Positions 41,204 to 50,444 are shown, counted from the first letter of the stretch. The stretch: DNA of 64,000 bases from an uncultured Gammaproteobacteria bacterium (GCA_964537315.1 CAZIAP010000001.1:23975-87974), one strand, 5' to 3'. Notes: generated by a model from the sequence alone, not told the origin. Translations and numbers: made by a program.

Positions 41204-43168
41204 TTAAACCACTTTTGCTTTTAGCTCTTTTTCGATTGCGCGTATTATTTTTTCTCTGACATTTGTGATCTCATCATTGGTTAAATTTCTTTGCGGGTGT
41301 TGATAGATTATACGAAAGGTCTTTTTATCTTCATAGACATCTAGTAGTCCTACGTCTTTAATTAAACTACTTTGTTTTGTGATTGTGTTTACAATTTTGT
41401 CATAAGCAATATCATTAGAAATTTGAACCCTCAGATCTTCTATCATAGGAGGATGTTTAATAATTGGTTTATAATTTTTGGTGGTTGTGGCATTTGCTAG
41501 CATCTGAGAAAAATCTAGTTCAAAATCTGCAAGACTACTATCTAGGATTTCAATAGCTCCAATTATTTTGTTATTCAGTAAGATGTTTGCTCCATTTCTT
41601 TCATCAGATTGAGTAAATGAAATTGAAACTCCCATATCAGTAGCGATCTGCTCCACTACTCCTTTTAACTCAAAGAAAGATATATTCTCTTTTTTTATAA
41701 CTACACCAAGGCGTAAATTCTCATGAGGCAATTTTTTATTGACTGGTAGATAAACATTAGAAATTTCGAATAACTTTATATCCTCCCTTTGTCCATTTTC
41801 ATAAACTACTTGTAGCATGCTGGGAATAAGTGACTGTCTCATAAATACGTGGTCCTCATCGAGTGGGTTTTTAAGTCTCAAAGCATTTTCCTCAGGTCCT
41901 TCTAACATTTTTTCAGACACCATTGAGTAGGTATAAGTTTCTGTGAATCCCCAATACTTTAATGCATTTTTTACTCTACGCTCCCAGTAGAACTGATCAT
42001 CTTTTAGATGATAAAGGGTTTCCGAATGCATTGGGGGGAGCACGGAAGGAAGGTTGTGATAACCGTATACACGCGCTACTTCTTCAATAATATCTTCCTC
42101 TATTGATACATCTCCCAAACGGAAGCTGGGGACGGTAACTTTAATTTTCGTGCCCTGCATCTGTGGGCTAAACCCTAAGTCGTTTAATATGGATTTGATC
42201 TGAGTTTCTTTTATATCAACTCCTATAACAGATCTAATACTATTTATATTCGCTGTAACAGTAACTGGTTTGGGTTTATTTGGATAAATATCAATTATGT
42301 CTGATATTACTTTACCGTCAGCAATTTGTTTATATAGTTCAATCCCCCTGAGTAGTGCATCTTCCATTAACTCTGGATCAACACCTTTTTCATTCAGTAC
42401 TGCCGCCTCTGATCTAATTCCCAGCTTCATAGAGGTTTTTCGAATTAGATTTGGATTATTATTATCTAGAAAGAATAAAATACGGGTTGTACTGTCTGTA
42501 ACTACACTGTTTTTAGTGCCCATTATTCCTAAAAGATCAATAATATTTCCATTACCGTCATCAGCAACTATATCTTCACCAGGTAAAGTATGTGACCGGT
42601 TATCTAACGTGACAATCACTTCTCCTGGGTGAGATTTTCGGATAATTAATTTTCTAGCAGGCTGATCTTTGGATGAAAGTAGTCTATCGTAATCAAAAAC
42701 ATGAGCAGGATGACCAATTTCTCTCATGACGTAGTTTGTGACATCAATTATGTTATTGAGACTTCTTATATCGCTTGCTTCTAATCGCTTCTTAATCAAT
42801 GATGGAGAGCTTCCCATTTTTACTTCCATTACTACTGCCATAACTCTGTTTACAAGTTTTGGATCGTTTTTAATTGTAATGTCTGCAGTTTTTCCAACAG
42901 GTGTAACTTTAGGTAATTTTGGTTGTTTGAATTTGGCAGGAACTCCAAATTGGGGAAGTACAACACTTGCCTCTCGAGCGATTCCGATTACAGACATTAG
43001 ATCAGGTCTATTCGTGGTAACTTCTATATCGTATACAAAATCATTACTAGTTTTTTCTACACGCTCAATGGATACACTACACAAGGAAAGCGCACGTCTC
43101 AGCTCAGAGACTGTTGCTTTTGTGTCAATGTATTCGCGTAGCCAGCTATCTAAAATTTTTATATTCAT
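41204..43168 (-). CDS. pheT: Phenylalanine--tRNA ligase beta subunit (lacks B2 OB domain)
   Basis: TTNRPD at aa about 52, DIIEEVARVYGY, short FDX-ACB. Confidence 0.93.
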   Translation of the reverse strand: MNIKILDSWLREYIDTKATVSELRRALSLCSVSIERVEKTSNDFVYDIEVTTNRPDLMSVIGIAREASVVLPQFGVPAKFKQPKLPKVTPVGKTADITIKNDPKLVNRVMAVVMEVKMGSSPSLIKKRLEASDIRSLNNIIDVTNYVMREIGHPAHVFDYDRLLSSKDQPARKLIIRKSHPGEVIVTLDNRSHTLPGEDIVADDGNGNIIDLLGIMGTKNSVVTDSTTRILFFLDNNNPNLIRKTSMKLGIRSEAAVLNEKGVDPELMEDALLRGIELYKQIADGKVISDIIDIYPNKPKPVTVTANINSIRSVIGVDIKETQIKSILNDLGFSPQMQGTKIKVTVPSFRLGDVSIEEDIIEEVARVYGYHNLPSVLPPMHSETLYHLKDDQFYWERRVKNALKYWGFTETYTYSMVSEKMLEGPEENALRLKNPLDEDHVFMRQSLIPSMLQVVYENGQREDIKLFEISNVYLPVNKKLPHENLRLGVVIKKENISFFELKGVVEQIATDMGVSISFTQSDERNGANILLNNKIIGAIEILDSSLADFELDFSQMLANATTTKNYKPIIKHPPMIEDLRVQISNDIAYDKIVNTITKQSSLIKDVGLLDVYEDKKTFRIIYQHPQRNLTNDEITNVREKIIRAIEKELKAKVV

Positions 43169-43244
43169 ATTTCAAATATAAAATTCAAAACTTTTAAATT
43201 TATACTTTTATTTTTGCCTTTTTCCTTTTGACTTTTTGCTTTAA

Positions 43245-44279
43245 CTAAAACTGTTCTAAAAACTCCAAATTATTACTATAAAGTAATCTTAAATCATCAA
43301 TTTCTAAACCTTCTTTCATCATTAAAACTCTCTCCACTCCCCAACCAAATGCAAATCCTTTGTATGATGCAGGATCGACACCACTATTTTTCAGCACATT
43401 TGGATGAACCATTCCCGCTCCACCTAGTTCGAGCCACCCTTCCTTACAAAGTCTGCAGCCTTTACCGTCACATATGCCACAGGAGACATCTACTTCAAAA
43501 GAAGGTTCTGTAAATTGGAATTGATAAGGTCTAATGCGGAAAGATCTCTTTTCTCCAAAATATGATTTTACAAAATAATCGAGAACTCCTTTGAGGTGGA
43601 TAATTGAGGTATTCTTATCCACAACCAGTCCTTCAAATTGGTGAAACATTTGAGTGTGTGATACATCTGATTGGCGTCGGTATGTTTTTGCAATGTTTAG
43701 CATTTTTATAGGCAGTTTGCCTTTTTCTAACTCTCTTATCTGTCCGGATGATGTATGAGGGGTCAATACCATAGGACCTTTTTTAGGATCTTTTGGTACA
43801 TCGATCAAGAATGTTTCCCATTCATCTCGAGCTGGATGAAAATCAGGAAAATTTAGTGCTTCAAAAGCATACCAATCCCACTCTACTTCCGGATATCTAA
43901 CTCGAGTAAAGCCAACTTTTTCAAATATAGAGGTGATTTCATCAATTGCTTGTGTTACTAAGTGCAGATGACCGAGTGGAGGCTTCACACTTGGCAGGGT
44001 CACATCTAATTTTATTGCACTCTGTTTTTTAGAACTATTTTTTAATGAATTAAATTTATCTTCAATTAAATCCTCAATTGCAGTTTTAACTTCATTTGCG
44101 AGTCTTCCGATCATGGGGCGTTGATCGACTGGTACATTAGGAAGGCCTTTTAGAGATTTAGTTAAGCGCCCATTTCGACCTAAGTAGTCCATCTTGATGC
44201 GGTTTAGCTCTTCAGTATCTTCTGCTGCAATAATCATACTTACCGCATCGTTTTTAATGTTTATTAGGTCGTGTTCCAT
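43245..44279 (-). CDS. pheS: Phenylalanine--tRNA ligase alpha subunit
   Basis: HPAR, HTS, FHQFEG, FQFTEPS, GAGMVHP, FGWGVER. Confidence 0.97.
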   Translation of the reverse strand: MEHDLINIKNDAVSMIIAAEDTEELNRIKMDYLGRNGRLTKSLKGLPNVPVDQRPMIGRLANEVKTAIEDLIEDKFNSLKNSSKKQSAIKLDVTLPSVKPPLGHLHLVTQAIDEITSIFEKVGFTRVRYPEVEWDWYAFEALNFPDFHPARDEWETFLIDVPKDPKKGPMVLTPHTSSGQIRELEKGKLPIKMLNIAKTYRRQSDVSHTQMFHQFEGLVVDKNTSIIHLKGVLDYFVKSYFGEKRSFRIRPYQFQFTEPSFEVDVSCGICDGKGCRLCKEGWLELGGAGMVHPNVLKNSGVDPASYKGFAFGWGVERVLMMKEGLEIDDLRLLYSNNLEFLEQF

Positions 44280-44281
44280 AG

Positions 44282-44710
44282 TTAAATTCCACTTATTGCA
44301 GCTATAAATGTAGATATTTCAGGTAAGGTGTCGAGTTCTTCGACTTCTTGCAGTGAAAACCAGCCTACTTTTCCGACTGTTTCTTCTTTAGAAATATCTA
44401 TGTCTCCGTGCAGATACATCACCGGAAAACCCAAAACTACTGCATGTATATTATCTTTTTCATAATGGTGGGAAAAAATAATTGGTCGTCTTGAGAGCAA
44501 CTGTACTTCTAGAGGTCCTACTTCTTCATTTACTTCACGTAATACTGCATCTGCAGGATCTTCTCCGAATTCAATTCCTCCGCCAGGAAAATGCCATTTT
44601 CCGTGGATATGTGGAGATGTTGGTTCGTCTCTTTGTATTAAGAGTACTTTATTGTCGCTGTTTTGCAGTATAGCAACCACTGCTAAATGTCGGTTTCCTG
44701 AGTTATCCAT
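44282..44710 (-). CDS. NUDIX hydrolase
   Basis: GGGIEFGEDPADAVLREVNEEVG Nudix box. Confidence 0.9.
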   Translation of the reverse strand: MDNSGNRHLAVVAILQNSDNKVLLIQRDEPTSPHIHGKWHFPGGGIEFGEDPADAVLREVNEEVGPLEVQLLSRRPIIFSHHYEKDNIHAVVLGFPVMYLHGDIDISKEETVGKVGWFSLQEVEELDTLPEISTFIAAISGI

Positions 44711-44797
44711 ATCGTATCCTAGGATACCAAAATTATGACTCAATTTCATCATTTGTATTATTTAATGCATTACCCGTTGGGATTAGCTTTTCCCATT

Positions 44798-44840
44798 AAA
44801 AAACCTCCCGTTTGCCCCGCTATTCGGGGTGAAGGAGGTC
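44798..44840 (-). terminator. Attenuator terminator of pheST leader
   Basis: Minus strand GACCTCC..CCCCG-aatag-CGGGG..GGAGGT-TTTTT. Confidence 0.75.
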
Positions 44841-44866
44841 TATACGTTTATATCTTTTAGTCTTTT

Positions 44867-44950
44867 TTACTTGTTCATACTACGAACAAACCTCCCTTTA
44901 AGGGAAGTAAAGTAAAAAAAGTAAAAAGCTTGCGCGGTTTGAGTAATCAT
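44867..44950 (-). CDS. Phe-rich leader peptide (PheM-like), 27 aa
   Basis: MITQTAQAFYFFYFTSLKGRFVRSMNK between rplT and pheS; resembles E. coli PheM FRFFFYFST. Confidence 0.75.
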   Translation of the reverse strand: MITQTAQAFYFFYFTSLKGRFVRSMNK

Positions 44951-44975
44951 CTGAAAGTTTTGTGCAGCCATAGAT

Positions 44976-45326
44976 TTATTTGCCAAAAACTTTATTAGTT
45001 ATTGATTTGAATGTCTCGGGGTCTGAGGAGACAATATTTGCTAAAATTTTTCGATCAAGTTTTATGTTTTTCTTATTCATTCCGTTGATGAACGTACTAT
45101 ATGAGTGTCCCATTTCATCAAGTGCACCATTAATTCTCGTGATCCATAGCTTTCGCATATCTCTTTTACGAAGTTTTCGTCCGTGGAATGCATATTCACC
45201 AGCATGAAGCACAGCTTCATGAGCTGCTTTAACCAATGTACTTTTTGTTGCCCGGTAACCTTTTACCTGTAGCATCAATTTATTATGTTTTCTTTTTGAT
45301 ACGGTTCCCCGTTTAATACGTGCCAT
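44976..45326 (-). CDS. rplT: 50S ribosomal protein L20
   Basis: MARIKRG, RKRDMRKLWITRIN, LDRKILA. Confidence 0.97.
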   Translation of the reverse strand: MARIKRGTVSKRKHNKLMLQVKGYRATKSTLVKAAHEAVLHAGEYAFHGRKLRKRDMRKLWITRINGALDEMGHSYSTFINGMNKKNIKLDRKILANIVSSDPETFKSITNKVFGK

Positions 45327-45329
45327 AAT

Positions 45330-45536
45330 TTATGCTTCTCCCAACATTTGCTTAATTTTCTTTGCAAATTTACCTGTTTCCATTACTCCAATCTCTTTCT
45401 GTCTTCTAATTCGGGCTTTTGATTTGTTCAGTTTTTTATGTGATCCATACTGGTGACCAAAAATCACCTTACCGTTTTTTGTCACTCTAAAACGCTTTGA
45501 AACTGAGCTTTTAATTTTTTTCTTTTGTTTTGCCAT
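45330..45536 (-). CDS. rpmI: 50S ribosomal protein L35
   Basis: KSSVSKRFRVTKNGK; between infC and rplT. Confidence 0.92.
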   Translation of the reverse strand: MAKQKKKIKSSVSKRFRVTKNGKVIFGHQYGSHKKLNKSKARIRRQKEIGVMETGKFAKKIKQMLGEA

Positions 45537-45544
45537 AATATTCA

Positions 45545-45630
45545 ATTTCTAATTACTTTAATTACTAATTAACCTAATCAATTACTAATTCCTAAAGTTA
45601 GAAATTAGGTCAATTAGAGCAATTAGTAGT
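45545..45630. repeat. AT-rich inverted array of CTAATT/AATTAG units
   Basis: ctaattact..ctaattaacctaatc..ctaattcctaa then ttagaaattaggtcaattagagcaattag. Confidence 0.6.
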
Positions 45631-45640
45631 TTTTTCTTGA

Positions 45641-46174
45641 CTATCTTAGTCGAGAAAGGATGGTTACCATTTGTCGACCTTCCATGTGCGGATCTCGTTC
45701 CACTTTTGCGACGTCTTCAAGTTTGGCTATAACTTTATTTAATACGTTTTCACCTAACTCTTTTTTAGTAAACTCTCTTCCTCGAAAACGTACTATAAAC
45801 TTTACTTTATCTCCGTCTTCTAAAAACTCACTTGCTTTTTTTACCTTAATGTCAAGATCATGTTCACCGATAAAGGGCCCCATCCTGATCTGTTTAGTTT
45901 CAGATGTAGTACTCTTTTTCTTTTCTTCCTGCTTCTTTTTCTTTAATTGATACAAGAACTTGCTATAATCTATCAACCTTGCAACTGGTGGCTTTGCCAT
46001 CGGTGCAACCTCAACCAAGTCTAACTCTTGTTCATCGCTTAGTTTTCTGGCTTCATCGATGCTCATCACACCAATTTGTTTCCCTTCACTATCTAGAAGC
46101 CGTACTTCTCTAGCTCGGATCTGACTGTTTATCCGATAGAATGGTTGTTTTGATTGGTTATACTTTTTTCTCAA
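45641..46174 (-). CDS. infC: Translation initiation factor IF-3
   Basis: INSQIRAREVRL, LDLVEVAP..PPVARLIDY, FRGRE; no ATG near the expected start, TTG 46174 overlapping thrS end is plausible. Confidence 0.93.
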   Translation of the reverse strand: MRKKYNQSKQPFYRINSQIRAREVRLLDSEGKQIGVMSIDEARKLSDEQELDLVEVAPMAKPPVARLIDYSKFLYQLKKKKQEEKKKSTTSETKQIRMGPFIGEHDLDIKVKKASEFLEDGDKVKFIVRFRGREFTKKELGENVLNKVIAKLEDVAKVERDPHMEGRQMVTILSRLR

Positions 46175-47930
46175 TTTCTTTTTTAACTCTCTCCACGAAT
46201 TCAGAGAGCGCAAGACTTCCAAGATCTTGACCGTTACGGGTTCTTATGCTTACTATCTCTTTTCCCACAGAATTACTCTCGGATTCTTCCTTTCCGCCTA
46301 TTATACACAGGTATGGGACCTTTTGTAAAGTAGCCTCGCGGATTTTTGCACCTATTGTTTGATTAGAATTATCAAGCTCCACTCGGATTCCAGAAGAATC
46401 TAGGATTTCATAAACCTTTTGCGCGTAGTTCTCGACTTTCTCAGAAATCGGCAGGACAGCAATCTGCACCGGTGCGAGCCAGATCGGAAATGCGCCTGCA
46501 TAGTGTTCTATTAACACCCCTAAAAATCGTTCCAGTGAACCAAAAATTGCTCTATGAAATACTATAGGTGTTTTGTCCGATCCGTCTTTGCTTGTGTATG
46601 CAAGGTTAAACCGTTTTGGTTGTTGAAAATCAAGTTGTATGGTGCCTGTTTGCCATTCCCGTCCGATTGAGTCACGCATCAAAATATCAACCTTTGGTCC
46701 ATAAAAAGCTCCTTCTCCGTCTGCTTTAAAATAATCTTGACCTGAATCTTTAAGTACTGATTCAAGCATTTCTTCAGCTCTGTCCCAATCGCTACTTTCT
46801 CCTAAATACTTATCCGGTCTGGTTCCAAAACGTAGTTTGTAACTTATCCCAAATGGCTTATACATTTCCTCGATCATTACCATAATCTGAGAAAATTCAT
46901 CCTTTATTTGTTCTTGAGAAATGAAAATATGCGCGTCATCCTGACGAAACTGTCTTGTTCTGAATAAACCATTTAACGTTCCTGAACGCTCAAAGCGGTG
47001 TAATAATGAGGTATCAGCAAGTCGGATAGGAAGATCATTATATGAACGAGTTTTAGAGTTAAATATAACCATAGCGTTTGGACAATTCATCGGCTTTATG
47101 CCGAAAACCTCGTGGCCTCCCTGTTCATCAGACATGCGAGACATATCTGCGACAAACATATCCTCTTGATAATGTGACCAGTGACCAGAGGTTTCGTATA
47201 AGTCTTTCTTATTTAACTGGGGCGTCATGACTTCTTGGTAGCCAAACTTTTTATACATTTGTCGTGCAAAGTCATATAAGTTGTTATATAAAACAACACC
47301 TTTTGGAAGCCAATATGTCATTCCGGGAGAAGTGTCGTGCATAATAAATAAATCAAGGTTTGGTCCAAGTTTTTTGTGATCTCTTTTCTTAGCTTCCTCA
47401 AGCATTGTTAAATATTGGTCAAGCTCATTTTGAGTATGAAACGCAGTTCCATAAATGCGGGTTAACATGGGATTTTTTTCGTCGCCTCTCCAGTATGCGC
47501 CTGCGAGAGATAAAAGCTTAAAAGCGCCAATATCTTTTGCAGGATTTTCACTATGCCCTCCTCGACATAGATCCTCAAATCCGTCAGCTGGCGGACCGGC
47601 TTTATACAACGTAATTTTTTCTCCTTTTTTAACAATTTCATCAATCAGATCCAACTTGAAAGGATTATTTTGATATAGTTCCCGCGCTTCACTTTCTGAT
47701 ACTTCTCGATGAGTGAACTCAGTCCAAGATGGAAGAATATCTGACATTACTTTCTCAATTTTTGGTAGGTCTTCTTCTGTAAGTGGTTTTGTGAACTGAG
47801 CATCATAATAAAATCCATTCTCAATTGATGGACCGATAGCTATTTTTACTTCGGGATAAAGTTTGATTAGTGCTGCAGCGAGTAAGTGGGCAGCTGAATG
47901 CCTCAGTTGATTTAATTCATCATTATTCAT
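46158..47930 (-). CDS. thrS: Threonine--tRNA ligase (no TGS domain)
   Basis: RHSAAH, DLCRGGH, KPMNCP, QDDAH, GAFYGPK, HRAIFGSLERF. Confidence 0.97.
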   Translation of the reverse strand: MNNDELNQLRHSAAHLLAAALIKLYPEVKIAIGPSIENGFYYDAQFTKPLTEEDLPKIEKVMSDILPSWTEFTHREVSESEARELYQNNPFKLDLIDEIVKKGEKITLYKAGPPADGFEDLCRGGHSENPAKDIGAFKLLSLAGAYWRGDEKNPMLTRIYGTAFHTQNELDQYLTMLEEAKKRDHKKLGPNLDLFIMHDTSPGMTYWLPKGVVLYNNLYDFARQMYKKFGYQEVMTPQLNKKDLYETSGHWSHYQEDMFVADMSRMSDEQGGHEVFGIKPMNCPNAMVIFNSKTRSYNDLPIRLADTSLLHRFERSGTLNGLFRTRQFRQDDAHIFISQEQIKDEFSQIMVMIEEMYKPFGISYKLRFGTRPDKYLGESSDWDRAEEMLESVLKDSGQDYFKADGEGAFYGPKVDILMRDSIGREWQTGTIQLDFQQPKRFNLAYTSKDGSDKTPIVFHRAIFGSLERFLGVLIEHYAGAFPIWLAPVQIAVLPISEKVENYAQKVYEILDSSGIRVELDNSNQTIGAKIREATLQKVPYLCIIGGKEESESNSVGKEIVSIRTRNGQDLGSLALSEFVERVKKEIEKKV

Positions 47931-48013
47931 ACCTTTATACTAATATATTATACTTATTTCGTACTATATCAGAAACCAGGCACAATTTGAAGATGAATAC
48001 TTAGAACGAGGAC

Positions 48014-48283
48014 TTAACCACGAGTTACACCTTGTTGCTGAAGATATATGAGTATGTCTGCAATAAAATTGCCAACAAATGGAACAACATTTACATACTG
48101 TGAAAGTAAGCTGATGACAGAAAGAAAGAGAGCGATACCAATGACAGAACCCACTCCCCAAAAGATCCCGCCTAATAAATTGTTTGCTATAATCTCTCCT
48201 TTTGATAGCTTCGACGGTTTCTCAAATGGTTGCAATGGTGCGGCAGGAGGAAGAGTATCTTTGCTTTTTTTAAACTTTGCCAT
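48014..48283 (-). CDS. Small membrane protein, DUF5665-like
   Basis: NNLLGGIFWGVGSVIG..VPFVG pattern typical of CPR. Confidence 0.65.
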   Translation of the reverse strand: MAKFKKSKDTLPPAAPLQPFEKPSKLSKGEIIANNLLGGIFWGVGSVIGIALFLSVISLLSQYVNVVPFVGNFIADILIYLQQQGVTRG

Positions 48284-48335
48284 ACGTGTGATAGTTTAGC
48301 ACAAAAGCAAGCAATATTGAAAGAATAGAATCTGT

Positions 48336-48911
48336 TTATAGTCCAAGATCTCTGTGGATAGATTGCATGGATGCAAGCGTTATTTGAATATATTGTTCAA
48401 GCGGTATATCAATTTTTTCCTCGCAAAGTTCAATCACCTTTCTGTCTACTCTGCGAGAAAAAGCTGTTTGTCCGAATCTCTTATATACAAATTCTGCAGT
48501 TAGCGAATTAAGTTTTTTGTCAGGGTGAATGAGTGCGCACGCAACAATAAGTCCTGTGAGACCATCAACTGTGGTGATTGCCCAGTCCATATCACTTTTG
48601 GGCTGTACTTTTGTGCTTTGAAAATTATGCGATTTGATTGCGTAAGCAATATCTCGGGGAATTATCTCTGGCTCGAGATCAAAAATCAACAGTCCGTGAC
48701 GGTCTAGGGCATTTTTTTCCTGAGCAATTTCATAGTCTATATCATGAAGCAAGCCAGTTATACCCCAAGTTTCTCTATCATGATCTGTACCATCTGGATA
48801 TAGATGATCAAAAATTCCTTTCATACTTGCCTCAGTTGCGAGACAGTGCTTTAGGAGATTTTTGTTATGAAGATACTTTGTTAGAAGTTTATATGCATCT
48901 GTTCGATTCAT
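48336..48911 (-). CDS. HD-domain (HDIG) phosphohydrolase
   Basis: NLLKHC, GLLHDIDYE, SHN, DGLTGLIVACAL. Confidence 0.9.
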   Translation of the reverse strand: MNRTDAYKLLTKYLHNKNLLKHCLATEASMKGIFDHLYPDGTDHDRETWGITGLLHDIDYEIAQEKNALDRHGLLIFDLEPEIIPRDIAYAIKSHNFQSTKVQPKSDMDWAITTVDGLTGLIVACALIHPDKKLNSLTAEFVYKRFGQTAFSRRVDRKVIELCEEKIDIPLEQYIQITLASMQSIHRDLGL

Positions 48912-48917
48912 AGCGTG

Positions 48918-48975
48918 TGGAGTTAACTGGATTCGAACCAGTGACCTGTCCGATGAACATCGGACCGCTCTAACC
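48918..48975 (-). pseudogene. tRNA-like 3' fragment with palindromic replacement of anticodon arm
   Basis: GGTTAGAGC-G-GTCCGATGTTCATCGGAC-AGGTC-ACTGGTTCGAATCCAGT-TAACTCCA; no 5' acceptor strand. Confidence 0.7.
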
Positions 48976-49233
48976 TTTTGTTTTAATTACTCCGTCTGAA
49001 ATTATTTGTTCAATAACTTTTCTACTTTTGAATTTCTTTAGTTTCGTTTCTATTAATCTGGCTTCTTGTACTGTTTGATATTCTTTCTTAAATACTAAAA
49101 TAAATGGAGCTGTCAGTTTGGTATATTTTGATTTTCCAGAGTTATGTTCTTGCAGTCTTCTTTCTATATTTTCAGTAGAGCCAATGTAATATCTGTTATT
49201 TTTTATAGACTTAAGAATATATACAAAAAACAT
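48970..49233 (-). CDS. GIY-YIG nuclease family protein (YhbQ/UPF0213-like)
   Basis: FVYIL..YYIGST..RRLQEHN..YTK..EA..E..LK. Confidence 0.93.
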   Translation of the reverse strand: MFFVYILKSIKNNRYYIGSTENIERRLQEHNSGKSKYTKLTAPFILVFKKEYQTVQEARLIETKLKKFKSRKVIEQIISDGVIKTKG

Positions 49234-49237
49234 ACTG

Positions 49238-49309
49238 TGGACGACATTGGGATTGAACCAATGACCTCTTCGATGTCAACGAAGCGCTCTACCACTGAGC
49301 TAGTCGTCC
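49238..49309 (-). tRNA. tRNA-Val(GAC)
   Basis: GGACGAC acceptor, CTTCG-TTGACAT-CGAAG, GGTTCAATCC. Confidence 0.95.
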
Positions 49310-49318
49310 ATATAATTT

Positions 49319-49368
49319 TGACCTTTCCTATAAACATCGGACCACTCTACTACTGATCTATATACGCA
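49319..49368 (-). pseudogene. Degenerate tRNA-like 5' fragment carrying a decayed copy of the same palindrome
   Basis: TAGATCAGTAGTAGAGTGGTCCGATGTTTATAGGAAAGGTCA; 27/31 identical to 48942-48972. Confidence 0.55.
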
Positions 49369-49444
49369 AATAAGCCTCACAATTATACAAAACTATGTAT
49401 GGAATCTCAATTGAAGGTAACTTATGCTTTTACTTCATAAGCAT

Positions 49445-49469
49445 AAAAAAATCCCGACAAAGCGGGATT
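49445..49469 (-). terminator. Rho-independent terminator
   Basis: AATCCCG-ctttgt-CGGGATT + T-run on minus strand; preceded by GGGGGTGC/GCACCCCC hairpin 49478-49500. Confidence 0.7.
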
Positions 49470-49592
49470 AAAGTGAAGGGGGTGCAGATACAGCACCCCC
49501 ATTCGGTAAAAGAAATCAGGTGGTCAAAGTGTGACCTTTTCCTCGCCATTGAGGAATTGGTCAGACAACTTTGCCTGATTACTTTTGTGGCA

Positions 49593-49796
49593 CTAGCTTC
49601 GGTCAGCGAAACCTGGTCGGTTTCGCTTTTTCTTTTCTTCAGGATGAAAACCCCATGGAAGAGGTTTATTTTTTGGTTCCATTTTGGTTTCAGTGTGGGT
49701 CTGGATGCAGTCTCTATCTCCCCATTCAGGGTGATAGCGAGTTTCTTCTTCTTCCTCATCTAGAGGAAAGAATCGACCTTTAAACGGAAGGGACAT
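49593..49796 (-). CDS. Hypothetical protein (67 aa)
   Basis: SD AAGGAG before ATG 49796. Confidence 0.45.
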   Translation of the reverse strand: MSLPFKGRFFPLDEEEEETRYHPEWGDRDCIQTHTETKMEPKNKPLPWGFHPEEKKKRNRPGFADRS

Positions 49797-49824
49797 TTCG
49801 ATCTCCTTTCTGCTTTTTGTAAGC

Positions 49825-50187
49825 CTAAAAACGATGCATAGGTCCGTAACGGACCAGCGCTGCTTTGTGAGCAGCTGCAACTTCTTCCAAATCCCTTGAG
49901 GATGGAGGAAGAGGTCTGCAAGCCTGACATAGCAGTATGCTGAGCGAAGTTTCTATGTCCTCATCGGATTCTGATTGAACGAACACAGCTCGATCTGCCG
50001 TTTCTCCCCAATTTCTCTTGGAAAGAGCAGAATAAACAACTACGCTGTTGGCAGGAAGTTCATCCTCTTTGTTGAGGATCTTCTCCTTGAACTGAGCTTG
50101 GAATTGCTCGTGTAGGACATCTCTGACCTTCATCGAAAGCCAGTCAAGCCTTATGAAGCAAATCGTCGGAAGATCGCTCTTGTCCAC
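49825..50187 (-). CDS. Hypothetical protein
   Basis: 120 aa, GTG start with AAGGA upstream. Confidence 0.5.
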   Translation of the reverse strand: MDKSDLPTICFIRLDWLSMKVRDVLHEQFQAQFKEKILNKEDELPANSVVVYSALSKRNWGETADRAVFVQSESDEDIETSLSILLCQACRPLPPSSRDLEEVAAAHKAALVRYGPMHRF

Positions 50188-50400
50188 TTCTAGATTCCTT
50201 TCAGGAATGTAAAAAACTCCCCTTCGCGGTTTGGTAAATCACGACCTCATGGAATTTCTTCTCCTTTCGTTAATCAAATGCAAGTGCCACGGTGTCTTGA
50301 GTTAACTAAGTCGTATTTACGCCGTTTGTAAAATTGACCAGGTATTCAAGACGATTTTAATGTGCTACTACCCTTCTACTATACTTCCTTCGTTTCTGTT

Positions 50401-50421
50401 CCCTTCGACTATGCTCAGGGT
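50401..50421. repeat. REP-like element CCCTTCGAC-n-GCTCAGGG
   Basis: cccttcgactatgctcagggt; imperfect hairpin of a short repeat type I recall near GIY-YIG genes. Confidence 0.5.
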
Positions 50422-50444
50422 AGTTTTTCTGTATTCAGAAAAAC

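Noticed and set aside
48918-49368. Single tRNA split by an intron containing GIY-YIG
   Set aside because: The two pieces overlap in content (both have D-arm end and palindrome), their acceptor strands do not pair well, and no group I core is seen
49395-49783. ORFs 49395-49763(+), 49430-49759(-), 49571-49783(+)
   Set aside because: Overlap the SD-supported 49593-49796 ORF and terminator hairpins; likely shadow frames
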